IMG/VR virus record: IMGVR_UViG_3300032955_000003
Span: 1 to 48,138 of that record
DNA from: a virus
Lineage: Duplodnaviria > Caudoviricetes
Strand: one strand, 5' to 3'
Length of the DNA: 48,138 nucleotides
Both the position numbers and the translations under genes were made by a program. Under the pieces are notes generated by a model that ran no database searches, was not told the DNA's origin, and saw only the letters and a program-made list of their open reading frames with translations. Below, in pieces: positions 17,219 to 26,734 of the stretch. Every line of letters starts with the position of its first letter. Positions within the stretch are counted from its first letter, which is position 1.

Positions 17219-18769
17219 ATGAGTTTGAATTTTCATGATCCTGGCAAATTAACACCATATCAGTTCTACGACTGGTATGAGATGCCACTTGCCCGCGCGT
17301 TTTACGCAATCAATCAACGTGGCATCATGACCGACTCCGTCAAGCTCGAAGAGCTGCGCTCTTTTGTCACGAAAGAAATCGAAGACTGCGTTCAACGTTG
17401 CTCAGCGCAGCTGGGTCAGAAAGTCATCGCCCAAGCTCCAGACGGCCCCAAAAACAAAGCTCAGCAAGCTGCCTTGGCAGGGACGCTAAACTTGTCCTCG
17501 CCGAAGCAGCTTGCTGACATCCTAAGGAAAGCCAATGTCAAAATACCGAAGAAAAGACGTCCCGGCGGCGCGTACACCGAGTCGCTCGACGAAGAGTCTC
17601 TCAACGAACTCTATGCTGAGACAGGAAATCCTTTCCTTAAAGAGCTCCTTCGGATACGCGAACTTAACAAAATGCTTGGCACTTATGTTAACGTCGATCT
17701 GGAAGCTGGAATTTTCTACTCGGCGTACTTTGTTACTGGTACAGTCACTGGACGCCGGTCGTCAAGAGAAAATTTCCTGGGACTCGGATCTAACGGACAA
17801 AATAAACCAAAGCATAGCGACCTTGGAAAAAGATTTCTCGAATGTTTTAAGGCGCGTCCGGGACGAATCTTCGTCAACTGCGACCAGGTCCAAGCCGAAG
17901 ACTGGATAGTCTCGGGGCTTATCGCTGACATCGGCGGAGACCGTACCGGCCTGGACGAGCTCCTCAACAAAGTCGACCGCCACCGCCGTCTCGCAGCGTT
18001 TCTTTTCTCAAAGCCTGAGGCTGAGTGCGGCAAAGATACACAGTATCGTTTTATGGGCAAAAAGACTCGCCACGCTGGAAACTACGACATGCGGGCGTTT
18101 CGCTTCGCGGCGGAAATGGCTAAGGAAGGCTTTCTCGTTAAGGAGGACTTTTGCGAATGGCTTCTAACGAAGTTTCATCAAGCTAATCCCGGCATTAAAA
18201 AAATCTTTCACAAATACGTCCAAGACGAGCTTACTCAAAAACGCCAGCTTATCACACCGTTTGGTCGCTTGCGACAATTCTTTTCGTTGAGGGACTACAG
18301 TGACAACTCGAAGGTCTTCAAAGAAGGCTACGCCCAGATCCCCCAATCCACCGTCGGCGACAATACAGGTATGGCTGTTTTATGGATGGAAAATTTTCGT
18401 CCTGGTCTGGTCGTTGCGGATGGGCATGATTCCGTCACTCTCGAAGTCCGAGATACAATATCTTCTGTCATTGATGCGGTCTCGTGGCTTAACGAAGCTT
18501 TCAATCGAATTGTGCGTTTTCCCAACGGCCTCGAAATCATCATCCCAATCGAGTTCGAGATAGGCTATAATCTAAAAGATCTCATCTCATGCAAGGCAAC
18601 AGACGAAACTTCATTGACGACTACTTATCAGATGCTTCCAAGACCTCAGAGTCCCCTCAGAGCTTCAACATGTGGTCAGCCATCACCGTCGTCGCCGGAG
18701 CGCTCAAGCGACACGTCTGGCTCCAGCATGGGACAAGAACCATCTATCCCAATCTCTACACAGTCTTAG
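17219..18769 (+). CDS. family A DNA polymerase, polymerase domain (C-terminal part of split PolA)
   Basis: NLSSPKQL, TVTGRRSS, motif A DQVQAE, motif B RFMGKKTRHAGNY, TPFGR, PQST, motif C GHDS. Confidence 0.92.
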   Translation: MSLNFHDPGKLTPYQFYDWYEMPLARAFYAINQRGIMTDSVKLEELRSFVTKEIEDCVQRCSAQLGQKVIAQAPDGPKNKAQQAALAGTLNLSSPKQLADILRKANVKIPKKRRPGGAYTESLDEESLNELYAETGNPFLKELLRIRELNKMLGTYVNVDLEAGIFYSAYFVTGTVTGRRSSRENFLGLGSNGQNKPKHSDLGKRFLECFKARPGRIFVNCDQVQAEDWIVSGLIADIGGDRTGLDELLNKVDRHRRLAAFLFSKPEAECGKDTQYRFMGKKTRHAGNYDMRAFRFAAEMAKEGFLVKEDFCEWLLTKFHQANPGIKKIFHKYVQDELTQKRQLITPFGRLRQFFSLRDYSDNSKVFKEGYAQIPQSTVGDNTGMAVLWMENFRPGLVVADGHDSVTLEVRDTISSVIDAVSWLNEAFNRIVRFPNGLEIIIPIEFEIGYNLKDLISCKATDETSLTTTYQMLPRPQSPLRASTCGQPSPSSPERSSDTSGSSMGQEPSIPISTQS

Positions 18770-19782
18770 TCGGTAGACCCGGCGTCGGGAAAAATGGGGC
18801 GACCGGACCGTGTGTAGACTTGTTGATAGAAAGTGGATCGGCTAACGTGATCAACGGACGCGTGACTATACAACACGTTCTTGACAAGTTAGCCAAAGGC
18901 TTTGGCTCGGCTCAGATAAACAACGGCAAGCTGGCACTTGTCAATGACTCGTCCTGTTTTATCGCGGCGGCGGAAATGAACGTCTTCCTTGAAGCAAGCG
19001 ATGTGTCGTTCTATTCCATCATGAACGATCTCTGGGACGGTGGAAACGTCCCGATCGAGTACGGCACCAGAACCAAAGGTTCTGTCATCATCAACAAGCC
19101 TTGCCCAACTTTGTTGGGCGGAATTACTCCAGGACAACTAGCCAAGGCTATGCCTTCGTCAAGTATCTACGGCGGCTTTACTCGACGCACAAACTTCGTT
19201 TACTCGAACGATTCCGGCGCTCGTATTCCTTTCCCACCGAAGGTGCCGTTCATCAATCAAAAGCTCGTCAACGACCTGCGTAGCATGTCGCAGCTCATTG
19301 GCGAGTTCACCTTCACGCCTTCGGCGCTAAAGCTCTTCGAGGAATACTACATGCGTGACATGATCGACGAGTTTGACGACGAGATCTCGCAGAGCTACGC
19401 CACAACGAAGTGGGTCCACGCCACCAAGGTGGCAATGTCGCTCTGTTGCGCCCGTAGTGACGATCTTACGATCATAGACGATGACTTCAAGCAAGCGACG
19501 TCTCTAGTCGACATTTGTAGCGAAGATCTCCAAAAAGTCTTCCGCGCCGTGGGAGACAGCGAGCTCGTCACGGCGACCGACAAGGTACTTCAGTACATCG
19601 AGTCCAAGCCGGCCTGCGTTCGCAGCGAGATAATGCAGCGGTGCTGGAGAGACGTTGGCTCGACTCAAGTCCTCGACGTTATCTTGGCGACTCTTGAGTC
19701 AGGCAATCTCATCACGACAATGCAGGTAGGAATGAGAACGATTTATAAATTCAATCCAAAGGGACAGAGAGGTCAACCATGA
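18589..19782 (+). CDS. DUF3987/YfjI-like P-loop protein (putative replicative helicase) with C-terminal wHTH-like region
   Basis: IYPNLYTVLVGRPGVGK, DLWD, TRTKG, GGITP, GGFTRR. Confidence 0.75.
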   Translation: MQGNRRNFIDDYLSDASKTSESPQSFNMWSAITVVAGALKRHVWLQHGTRTIYPNLYTVLVGRPGVGKNGATGPCVDLLIESGSANVINGRVTIQHVLDKLAKGFGSAQINNGKLALVNDSSCFIAAAEMNVFLEASDVSFYSIMNDLWDGGNVPIEYGTRTKGSVIINKPCPTLLGGITPGQLAKAMPSSSIYGGFTRRTNFVYSNDSGARIPFPPKVPFINQKLVNDLRSMSQLIGEFTFTPSALKLFEEYYMRDMIDEFDDEISQSYATTKWVHATKVAMSLCCARSDDLTIIDDDFKQATSLVDICSEDLQKVFRAVGDSELVTATDKVLQYIESKPACVRSEIMQRCWRDVGSTQVLDVILATLESGNLITTMQVGMRTIYKFNPKGQRGQP

Positions 19783-20255
19783 CAAAAAAGCTTGAAAAGC
19801 TTCAAAAGAAAAAGCCTCGCTCAAAACGAGACGAGGAAATCGCTGACCTGCGGTCAGACTACCAACGTAGCGTCGCTAAGATGCTTGAACGTGTCGACCG
19901 CACGGCGAAGCCTCGTTACACCTCCACGAAGTGCCCTATGATTCCCACCGCCAACCGCGTCGTGATGCGCCGCGACGAGGCCAAGGGAATGTCGAAGATC
20001 ATTCACACCCCTGACAACCGCCGCGACCAACCGACGACCGGGACGATCGTCGCTGTGTGTCCTGCGCAGCAAGCTGACCTTGGCCACCTTGTCGGCAAAA
20101 GATATCTTTTTCCGCGCTTCGGCGGGACCGAGGTCGAGTTCAAAGGCCAGCCTTTGTGGGTCGTTTTACAAATCGAAGAGCTTCTTGCAGAGATCACGGT
20201 CGCGGACCTGGAGCTTGAGCAAGATCCTCTAGAAAGTATGGTACCGCATCAATGA
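19779..20255 (+). CDS. groES: GroES-like co-chaperonin with N-terminal extension
   Basis: PTANRVVMRR...IIHTPD...PTTGTIVAV...VGKRYLFPRFGGTEV...EELLA. Confidence 0.8.
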   Translation: MTKKLEKLQKKKPRSKRDEEIADLRSDYQRSVAKMLERVDRTAKPRYTSTKCPMIPTANRVVMRRDEAKGMSKIIHTPDNRRDQPTTGTIVAVCPAQQADLGHLVGKRYLFPRFGGTEVEFKGQPLWVVLQIEELLAEITVADLELEQDPLESMVPHQ

Positions 20256-20464
20256 CATATCATCCTCTCTCGTCTGATACTGGAGGAACCGCCGACGATC
20301 GCGTATCTGAAAAGAACACTATCGTCAAAATCATCGAAGAAGCTGGTGTCTTTGACGCAATGACATCTAAAGAACAAGATTTCCTTGCTGACATCAGTGA
20401 TGCTCAACAAGTTTCACCGAAGCAGCTTTTTTGGCTTCGAGATATCAAGGACAAATATCTCTAA
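20252..20464 (+). CDS. hypothetical protein
   Basis: 70 aa; ATGA coupling; ends SPKQLFWLRDIKDKY. Confidence 0.7.
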   Translation: MTYHPLSSDTGGTADDRVSEKNTIVKIIEEAGVFDAMTSKEQDFLADISDAQQVSPKQLFWLRDIKDKYL

Positions 20465-20478
20465 AGGAGCTTTAGCTC

Positions 20479-20766
20479 ATGACCAAAACTCTCGACCGCG
20501 TCGGCAATCCACTTACCGAAGGTGACCTCGTCGCCATCGACATCTCCACCCTTAGCTCAGTCCTCATCGGCATCGTGACGTCAGTCAAGGAGCCTTCTAT
20601 CTTGACAGTAGGTGGACAACGAGGTGGTGACAAGCCTCACATCAATCCTGGCAAGATATATGTCTCTTGTGAGTTTGTGTTTCAACCAGGACTTAACATG
20701 CTGAATCTTCTCAAGCTGACCGTCCCGCCAGGACTCTCCATCAAAAAGACCGAAGGTAACGCATAA
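20479..20766 (+). CDS. hypothetical protein (possible SH3/KOW-like fold)
   Basis: DRVGNPLTEGDLV; AAGGAG RBS. Confidence 0.7.
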   Translation: MTKTLDRVGNPLTEGDLVAIDISTLSSVLIGIVTSVKEPSILTVGGQRGGDKPHINPGKIYVSCEFVFQPGLNMLNLLKLTVPPGLSIKKTEGNA

Positions 20767-20817
20767 AAAGAGCCGACTAAACTTGCTCATAACAAGTCTA
20801 GTCGGCTCGGTTTTTCT
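20765..20817. terminator. bidirectional intrinsic terminator containing 29 bp dyad copy 2 (20775-20803)
   Basis: AAAAA-GAGCCGACTA...TAGTCGGCTC-GGTTTTT between the convergent early and late units. Confidence 0.75.
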
Positions 20818-20838
20818 AGCTAGCTAGCTACGCTAGCC

Positions 20839-21033
20839 CTACCTCATCTTCCCGGTGTGAAGCTCTCCGGTCTTCATCTTCCCCGCCGACGCCTCGGCAC
20901 CCGCGGCCATTCTGAGCTTGCCGCCTTTGGCCGTCCCGCCATAGTTCGACGTTGTCTGTTTGCAGGATGGAGACTTCTCGAGCTCGTTACACACCGACTT
21001 AACCGCCTCGATGTTCATCGCTTCGTTTGCCAT
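20839..21033 (-). CDS. small Lys/Gly-rich late protein
   Basis: 64 aa; AAGGAG RBS; repeated GK(L/M)(R/K) units. Confidence 0.65.
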   Translation of the reverse strand: MANEAMNIEAVKSVCNELEKSPSCKQTTSNYGGTAKGGKLRMAAGAEASAGKMKTGELHTGKMR

Positions 21034-21061
21034 AACTTCGTTGCTCCTTTTGTGATAAAGT

Positions 21062-23257
21062 TTACTTCTTTTGTTCTTTCAAAAACTCCAAAGCCTCAGC
21101 CAAGGCTTGCACTTGCTGCTCCGCAGGAATGTTTTGCTGAATCGCTTGCGACCACTCCTGCCCGCCGGGATATTTCGACATCTCTTTGTAACCTTGCTCC
21201 AAGAGCATCACCCGTTGCTCCGGTGACATTGCCGACGAGGCTACGTCTCCAGGCGACGCCTTTGGCGTTGCGCTCGAAGAGCCTGGCGTTTCGGCCTTAG
21301 CCTTGGCTCGATGCTTTGCCTGACGCTCCCGCGAGCCGATGCGCTCCTCGATGAGCTTACGCTCCTCTGGAGGAGTGTCTTTTGAGAGAGCTTTTTTGAT
21401 GTCGCTTAGCTCTCTGTCGAGAGCAGTTTTAGGAATGTCTTTTCTAGCTAAAAGTGTATCGACACGATCGAGCATGGCTTTTGTCTTTGGCGACACCATC
21501 GACGTCGCAGACGTTGTAGACGTCGCTCGTCTTTCTGGTCCCTTGTATCCTCCCTGCGGCGTCCCGACGCGGCGTTCGACATCGCGGTTGATCGTTGCCA
21601 TGACGTCGGCGTCGTTTACTGTCCCGCCACCGCCGAGCATCTTTTGCACCGGAGGTAGTTCCGGCAACGCCGCGCTTTGGCCAGGCGGCATGGCCGTGGG
21701 CGGTGCTTGCCGTGGCACGGCTGTAACTCCCTGTGGGAGTGCCACTTGTGGCGTGCCTTGCGCCCCTGTGGGCGCTGGAGCACCTGTCGGTGCCTTTGGC
21801 ACCGTAGGCGGCGCAGCGGGACCGCTAGGCCCGGCCTTGGCCGCCGAGGGCCCAGACGGCCTCGGCCGTACCGTCACAGCTTTGCTGGGATTGTCAAGAA
21901 AATCCGCCACACGATTAGCCAGCGCCATACGTTGCGTGACGGTCAGTGGCATCTTGTCGAGCATCATCATGCCATAGATCGTCGCTGCTGAGGCAGCGTA
22001 GTCGCTGCCAAGGCCTCGCAACGTAACGTAGACCGCGAGCGGCCCCGCCGAGCGCCATATCGCCATTGACGCTTTGCGTAAGCCTTTCGCGCCTTGCGCG
22101 TACTGCTCTGAAAGAGCACTGTCAGCTTCGATAAATGAACTCTCTGTTGAGCGAAGCTTCGCAGTTCCAGGAGCGACTTGGTCGAGCTTCGCTCCAAGCA
22201 TCTCACGAGTCTTTATCAAAGCGTTCTTCGACGTGGGCGAATGAGCATCGCTCATGATCTCGCGATTGAGCGTCTGAGTCAGCTCGTACGCCTCTGTAGC
22301 TGAAAGCTGAGACATATTCCGAGGAACGACTTTACCGCTCGCCGGATCGACTTTGTTCTCAACGTCAAGGAACGCCTTGCGTAGCGGTTTTACTTCCGAC
22401 GGCTTGACACGCTTTAGCGCATCATTATAAATCGACGCCATTTCTTGTCCGGCGTCTATCTTGACGCCAGAGGCGTCCGCTTGCGCCAAGCCTCTAGCAA
22501 TCTGAGGCTTTAGCCTCTGCTCAATAATCTGCCTAAACTGTCCCTGAAGCTTCGCTTTGCTGACAGGATCGACTCGCGTAGCCAACGACTTCGTCGTCCC
22601 GACAATACGCTCGCGTCCGATGTCAGCCGCGGTCTTTGGCTCGACATGAAGCCGCTTCGCACCCATCTCGGCGGACTTTGTCCTTAAAAAATCAGCCATG
22701 GCAGGAGCGACTTTTGGAGCAACTTCACCAATCTTTTTGGCAATCTCAGGAGCCATTAACATTGCAGCACCCTGACCCCCAGCGCGAGGCATCGTCGCAG
22801 CCAAGGCTGCCAAGCCTGTATCGCCTTGTTGATATAAATCTTTGATAGCCTCTGGAACCTGACCAGTTTTTGTTAAAGGCTCTATCATTGACTTTCCCAT
22901 TCGATATAATGGGATCTGAGTCAAAGCGTTTTCGCCCGGTTGACGTCTTGGATCAAATGTTTGACCTATACCTTTAAGAAAATCTCCGACGCCCTTAGCG
23001 GCTTCGCCTATACCGTACTTCGTAGCTTCCCATTGACTTGTCAACGGAGGCAGACCAAGATCGCCAGACTTGACCGACGGCTGCGCCGAAGGCTTCACTG
23101 ACGCAGTCGCGCCGATGCCTCGCTTACGAAAGTAAGCTATCGCTTGCGGCTTCGTCGTTCCTGCCGGGAAGCTATACGTCTTTTTGTCCGGCCCGATGAC
23201 CGTGACGAAGTCGTTCACGCTTCCGTCGGCATTGACGTCTTGAGCTTGAGGAGACAT
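21062..23257 (-). CDS. putative internal virion / DNA ejection protein
   Basis: 731 aa, Ala/Gly/Lys-rich and helical; N-terminal VTVIGPDKKTYSFPAGTT; near the end of the tail operon. Confidence 0.65.
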   Translation of the reverse strand: MSPQAQDVNADGSVNDFVTVIGPDKKTYSFPAGTTKPQAIAYFRKRGIGATASVKPSAQPSVKSGDLGLPPLTSQWEATKYGIGEAAKGVGDFLKGIGQTFDPRRQPGENALTQIPLYRMGKSMIEPLTKTGQVPEAIKDLYQQGDTGLAALAATMPRAGGQGAAMLMAPEIAKKIGEVAPKVAPAMADFLRTKSAEMGAKRLHVEPKTAADIGRERIVGTTKSLATRVDPVSKAKLQGQFRQIIEQRLKPQIARGLAQADASGVKIDAGQEMASIYNDALKRVKPSEVKPLRKAFLDVENKVDPASGKVVPRNMSQLSATEAYELTQTLNREIMSDAHSPTSKNALIKTREMLGAKLDQVAPGTAKLRSTESSFIEADSALSEQYAQGAKGLRKASMAIWRSAGPLAVYVTLRGLGSDYAASAATIYGMMMLDKMPLTVTQRMALANRVADFLDNPSKAVTVRPRPSGPSAAKAGPSGPAAPPTVPKAPTGAPAPTGAQGTPQVALPQGVTAVPRQAPPTAMPPGQSAALPELPPVQKMLGGGGTVNDADVMATINRDVERRVGTPQGGYKGPERRATSTTSATSMVSPKTKAMLDRVDTLLARKDIPKTALDRELSDIKKALSKDTPPEERKLIEERIGSRERQAKHRAKAKAETPGSSSATPKASPGDVASSAMSPEQRVMLLEQGYKEMSKYPGGQEWSQAIQQNIPAEQQVQALAEALEFLKEQKK

Positions 23258-23260
23258 CGG

Positions 23261-24562
23261 TTATTTCTCCATGTCCTCTGGATCTACGATAATAGGCTGG
23301 TCAGGCGAGCCGGAGGCTCCGGTATCGTCCTGAGCCGTAGGCTCTGGAGGCAAGGCTCCATACTGAAGCGCCATCTGATGCTTCTGCTGAAGCTGATCCA
23401 TCTGCTTCTGCAAAGTCACCATCTGAGTCTGAAGACCTTTAAGCTGTTCTCCCTTTTTCTTGCCTTCATCTGTAAACCAATTTGTGATGTCCCAGTGCTT
23501 GTCGAGACTGCCCTGGATGTCTTTCGCCTGCGAAGCAAGATTTTTGTACTGCTTCGCAAGAGAGTCGTATTCTTTCGAGAAAGAGTCGGCGACTTTGTTT
23601 TGCTGAGGCGTCCGTATGGACGCTGACTTCGTCAAGGCGTCAGCTCGGATACGAGCTACACTGATGGCCGTTTTGGCCTGAGTCTGTACAGCGTTCGCTC
23701 TCTGCTGCATCTGCATCTTGATACGATTTGACGCTCCCTGCTGCTTCGCAGCTAAAGCTGGAGTGACCTGACCTTCCTTAGCCGCTTGTGTCTGATACAG
23801 CTTCGCATGAGCCGCTTCTTGCTGCGCCCGAGCTTGCTCCGCAGCTTGCTGAGCTCGTTGAGTCTGAATCTTCTGAAGCTGCTCTTCAAGCTGCGCTTGT
23901 TGCATTGCCTCTTGCTTCGACATCTGCATTGCTCTTTGCAAGCCGACGCCCGCGGCGGACGTAGGATCGCTGTGAGCTTTCTCCAAGAGCTTCGAGTTTT
24001 TCTTTCCCTCCGGCGTCGCCGGATCAAACATCGCTTGAATCTGTTGTTGTATCGCCTGTTTTTGCTTCGGATCTTGAGCGTCGCTCGCGGCCTGAGTCAA
24101 GGCATTATACGACGACCAAAGCTGTTCAGCCTGCGAGGCTTGCTTTTGCCAAGCTTTCTGTTTTAGCTGTCCGGCGAAGCCCGCAAGCGAGTTGATCGCG
24201 TTTGTCGTGACCGCCGCGCGCATCCCAGCTCTAGTCTGAAACTCGTATGGACCTCCAGTCATAGGCGACTGCATTGGAGGTCGTGGACCTGTCGTTGACA
24301 ACGACGTCATGTTCGGTTGCGACGACTGTCCCGGCATCCCTGGAAGCTGTGGCATCGTCGGAGACTGTCCCGGAAGCTGTCCCACGATCGCCGGGGACAC
24401 TTGCTGTGGCCCCGACGCTCCCTGAACTCCCAACCCCGCCGCGGGCGCGAACATTTTCGACATCATTGCCATGCGTTGCATGACTTGTTTGAGCTGGTCG
24501 CTTCCTGTAACGTCGTTTGGAGGCTGAGCTCCTGAAGGTTGAGGAATAGGTAATGCTCCCAT
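23261..24562 (-). CDS. putative ejection protein (Gln/Ala-rich coiled coil)
   Basis: 433 aa; composition and position. Confidence 0.65.
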   Translation of the reverse strand: MGALPIPQPSGAQPPNDVTGSDQLKQVMQRMAMMSKMFAPAAGLGVQGASGPQQVSPAIVGQLPGQSPTMPQLPGMPGQSSQPNMTSLSTTGPRPPMQSPMTGGPYEFQTRAGMRAAVTTNAINSLAGFAGQLKQKAWQKQASQAEQLWSSYNALTQAASDAQDPKQKQAIQQQIQAMFDPATPEGKKNSKLLEKAHSDPTSAAGVGLQRAMQMSKQEAMQQAQLEEQLQKIQTQRAQQAAEQARAQQEAAHAKLYQTQAAKEGQVTPALAAKQQGASNRIKMQMQQRANAVQTQAKTAISVARIRADALTKSASIRTPQQNKVADSFSKEYDSLAKQYKNLASQAKDIQGSLDKHWDITNWFTDEGKKKGEQLKGLQTQMVTLQKQMDQLQQKHQMALQYGALPPEPTAQDDTGASGSPDQPIIVDPEDMEK

Positions 24563-24571
24563 AAAGTCTCC

Positions 24572-25519
24572 TTATAAAGCGAACAAAGCCGCCAAACCAC
24601 CAGCGTCGCTTGCGGCCGTGCCGAGATCACTTATACCACCAAGTAATCCACCGATACCACTCAAAAGACCGCCAGTGGCTCCAGCTCCAGAACCTTTCGA
24701 TAAGACCGGCGCGAACGTCGTTCCTAGTCCGTAAATTTCCTGATTCAGTGGATTATATTGCGGCAGCAGACTTTGCCCAAACTGTCCCATCTGCGTAGCT
24801 CCGCCAAAAAGCGACGACGCCGCTGGCAACTGCCCCTGCAAAATATTTTGTTGCTGAAGCTGTCCCAGCAAAGCGTTCTGATCCGCGGTCGTCTGCGACG
24901 CGTAGTTTGACATCGCCGTCCCGAAGGGACTCCCGGCCAAGCCGCCCATCGACGCGAACTGCTCTCGCAGATTTGCCTCGTTTTGACCGATGTTCTGCTG
25001 TTGCGCATTGATCATCGCTTGCCATTCAGGCAATGCCGAGATGCCTTGATTAGCAATCGTTGACAGCGTCGACGCTCCAGGAACGTTTTGTCCACCTTGG
25101 CCAGTCTGAAAAAACTGCATCAATTGCGATAGCAGTGGATTCGCTCCGGTGCCTTGACCAATCTGAGATTGCAGATAATAAGCCAGGTTTTGCGTCAGCG
25201 CTGGGTCAAGTGACGACGCCGTATAGAATCCATGCCCTTCGGGCGTCACGACCGGCGAGTTGGTCGTTCCCTGAGGGTTGGGCGTCGTAGACGGCTGGAA
25301 GATGCTTGTAGGTTGGCTGTATCCGTTTCCCCAAGCATTCGACGGCATCGGCCCGTAGGGATTACTCTCCGACCCAGTCGCCCCAAAAAGCGTCGTTCCT
25401 TGAAAAGGCATCGCCCCGCTTTGCGGAGCTCCAGTCTGAGGCATCGCCGACGGCATCATTGGAAAAAACTGATTCGACGCCTGCGGCATCGTCCCGCCTT
25501 GAAGCGATGATACTGGCAT
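24572..25519 (-). CDS. putative pilot / ejection protein
   Basis: 315 aa, Gln/Gly-rich with a Gly-Leu-rich C-terminus; GGAGG RBS. Confidence 0.65.
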   Translation of the reverse strand: MPVSSLQGGTMPQASNQFFPMMPSAMPQTGAPQSGAMPFQGTTLFGATGSESNPYGPMPSNAWGNGYSQPTSIFQPSTTPNPQGTTNSPVVTPEGHGFYTASSLDPALTQNLAYYLQSQIGQGTGANPLLSQLMQFFQTGQGGQNVPGASTLSTIANQGISALPEWQAMINAQQQNIGQNEANLREQFASMGGLAGSPFGTAMSNYASQTTADQNALLGQLQQQNILQGQLPAASSLFGGATQMGQFGQSLLPQYNPLNQEIYGLGTTFAPVLSKGSGAGATGGLLSGIGGLLGGISDLGTAASDAGGLAALFAL

Positions 25520-25558
25520 AATGTTCCTCCAAAGCTCAAAAGCTTTTAGCTTGGCTCG

Positions 25559-25637
25559 TCCGTAGGAGACTCTCTCGTCGCGCTTTAATCTGTGTTTTTG
25601 ACAGGAGTCAACAGAGCCGACTGGAGTCTCCTACGGA
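25559..25637. promoter_or_regulatory. long intergenic hairpin
   Basis: perfect 14 bp arms TCCGTAGGAGACTC/GAGTCTCCTACGGA with further inner pairing. Confidence 0.6.
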
Positions 25638-25657
25638 AAAGCCCCTAGCTTCGCTAG

Positions 25658-26404
25658 CTAAGACGACCCCCATCCATATCCCATAATCACCGGACGCAAT
25701 GGAATCGTGTCACGCCAGTTTTCACGCTTGCGCAACTTTTTGATTCCGTCGATCAGTCCGGGCTTTCGGACGTTGTCTTTCATCTGTCCATAAAGCATGT
25801 CTCGAATCTCCCCGGCTTTTTCGAACTCAAGCAACTCCATGTATCCACGCATCGCCGCGGCCCAGATGAGCACTTCGTTCCACTCCCTCGGAGTAAGTAT
25901 CTGCGTCGCGGTCAGATTCGAGTCGTTGATAGGCTGCATCTGCAAGATACGAGCCTGTGTCTGAAATGGCTTGTTAGGCACCGGATTGTATCCAATGTTG
26001 TTCGCAAAGCGGTACCACTCGGTCGGCAAACTCATAGCTTGCTGGAAGCGATCGCTGTCTTGATAATGCGTAGGATTCAGCTTTCGCCGGATCTGATTGT
26101 TAGGATAGTCCGTCCAGATGAAGACATCGAGCGTTGACATATTAATACCGCTTTGCAACGGCAACGACGTCGGAGGAATCAAGTTCTGAAAATCGTATTC
26201 TTGCACTCCTGTCGTTAAGTTGAAAAGCGGCCCCAAGACTTCAAGCTGAGCAAAATCGTCGCGGTAGTCAGGATTCCCGCTGATTTCCAGCATCGCATCA
26301 CGCAGCCAGATCGCCGCGCGGTCAGCATCCGTCGTGCGATTCTCGACTCTAAGAATGACCTCTGGAACAAGATCATTAATCGTGAATGTGGCTTGTTGAG
26401 TCAT
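25658..26404 (-). CDS. tail adaptor / tubular protein A-like
   Basis: 248 aa; GVQEYDF, P.EWYR, NPVP, EVLIWAA pattern; position in the podovirus-like tail module. Confidence 0.6.
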   Translation of the reverse strand: MTQQATFTINDLVPEVILRVENRTTDADRAAIWLRDAMLEISGNPDYRDDFAQLEVLGPLFNLTTGVQEYDFQNLIPPTSLPLQSGINMSTLDVFIWTDYPNNQIRRKLNPTHYQDSDRFQQAMSLPTEWYRFANNIGYNPVPNKPFQTQARILQMQPINDSNLTATQILTPREWNEVLIWAAAMRGYMELLEFEKAGEIRDMLYGQMKDNVRKPGLIDGIKKLRKRENWRDTIPLRPVIMGYGWGSS

Positions 26405-26410
26405 AATTTG

Positions 26411-26734
26411 TTATCCAATCACAATCCAGTCTGTCCCGTCGTATCGCAAAAGCGCTCCTGTACCAACTCCGACGGCGACGCTTCCCCATGTGGCTCCGTC
26501 CTGCGGACCTTGAGCATCGGTTGCGAAAACGACGTTTCCATTGGCCGTGGCTGTCAAGCTAGCAAAGACCGTCGTCGAAGGCACTAGATAAGGACTGTAA
26601 TTACTCGCTATCAAATTCAGCGACCGAGCAAGCTGCTCGTAGAGCCTTCTCCAGGCAAGCCAGTTCTTCTGACAATCCGGCGCTTTGACAGGAACGTTTT
26701 GTGTAGTCGGAGCGATAGCTGGAATCTGCGTCAT
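26411..26734 (-). CDS. putative tail protein
   Basis: 107 aa ending LLRYDGTDW. Confidence 0.6.
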   Translation of the reverse strand: MTQIPAIAPTTQNVPVKAPDCQKNWLAWRRLYEQLARSLNLIASNYSPYLVPSTTVFASLTATANGNVVFATDAQGPQDGATWGSVAVGVGTGALLRYDGTDWIVIG

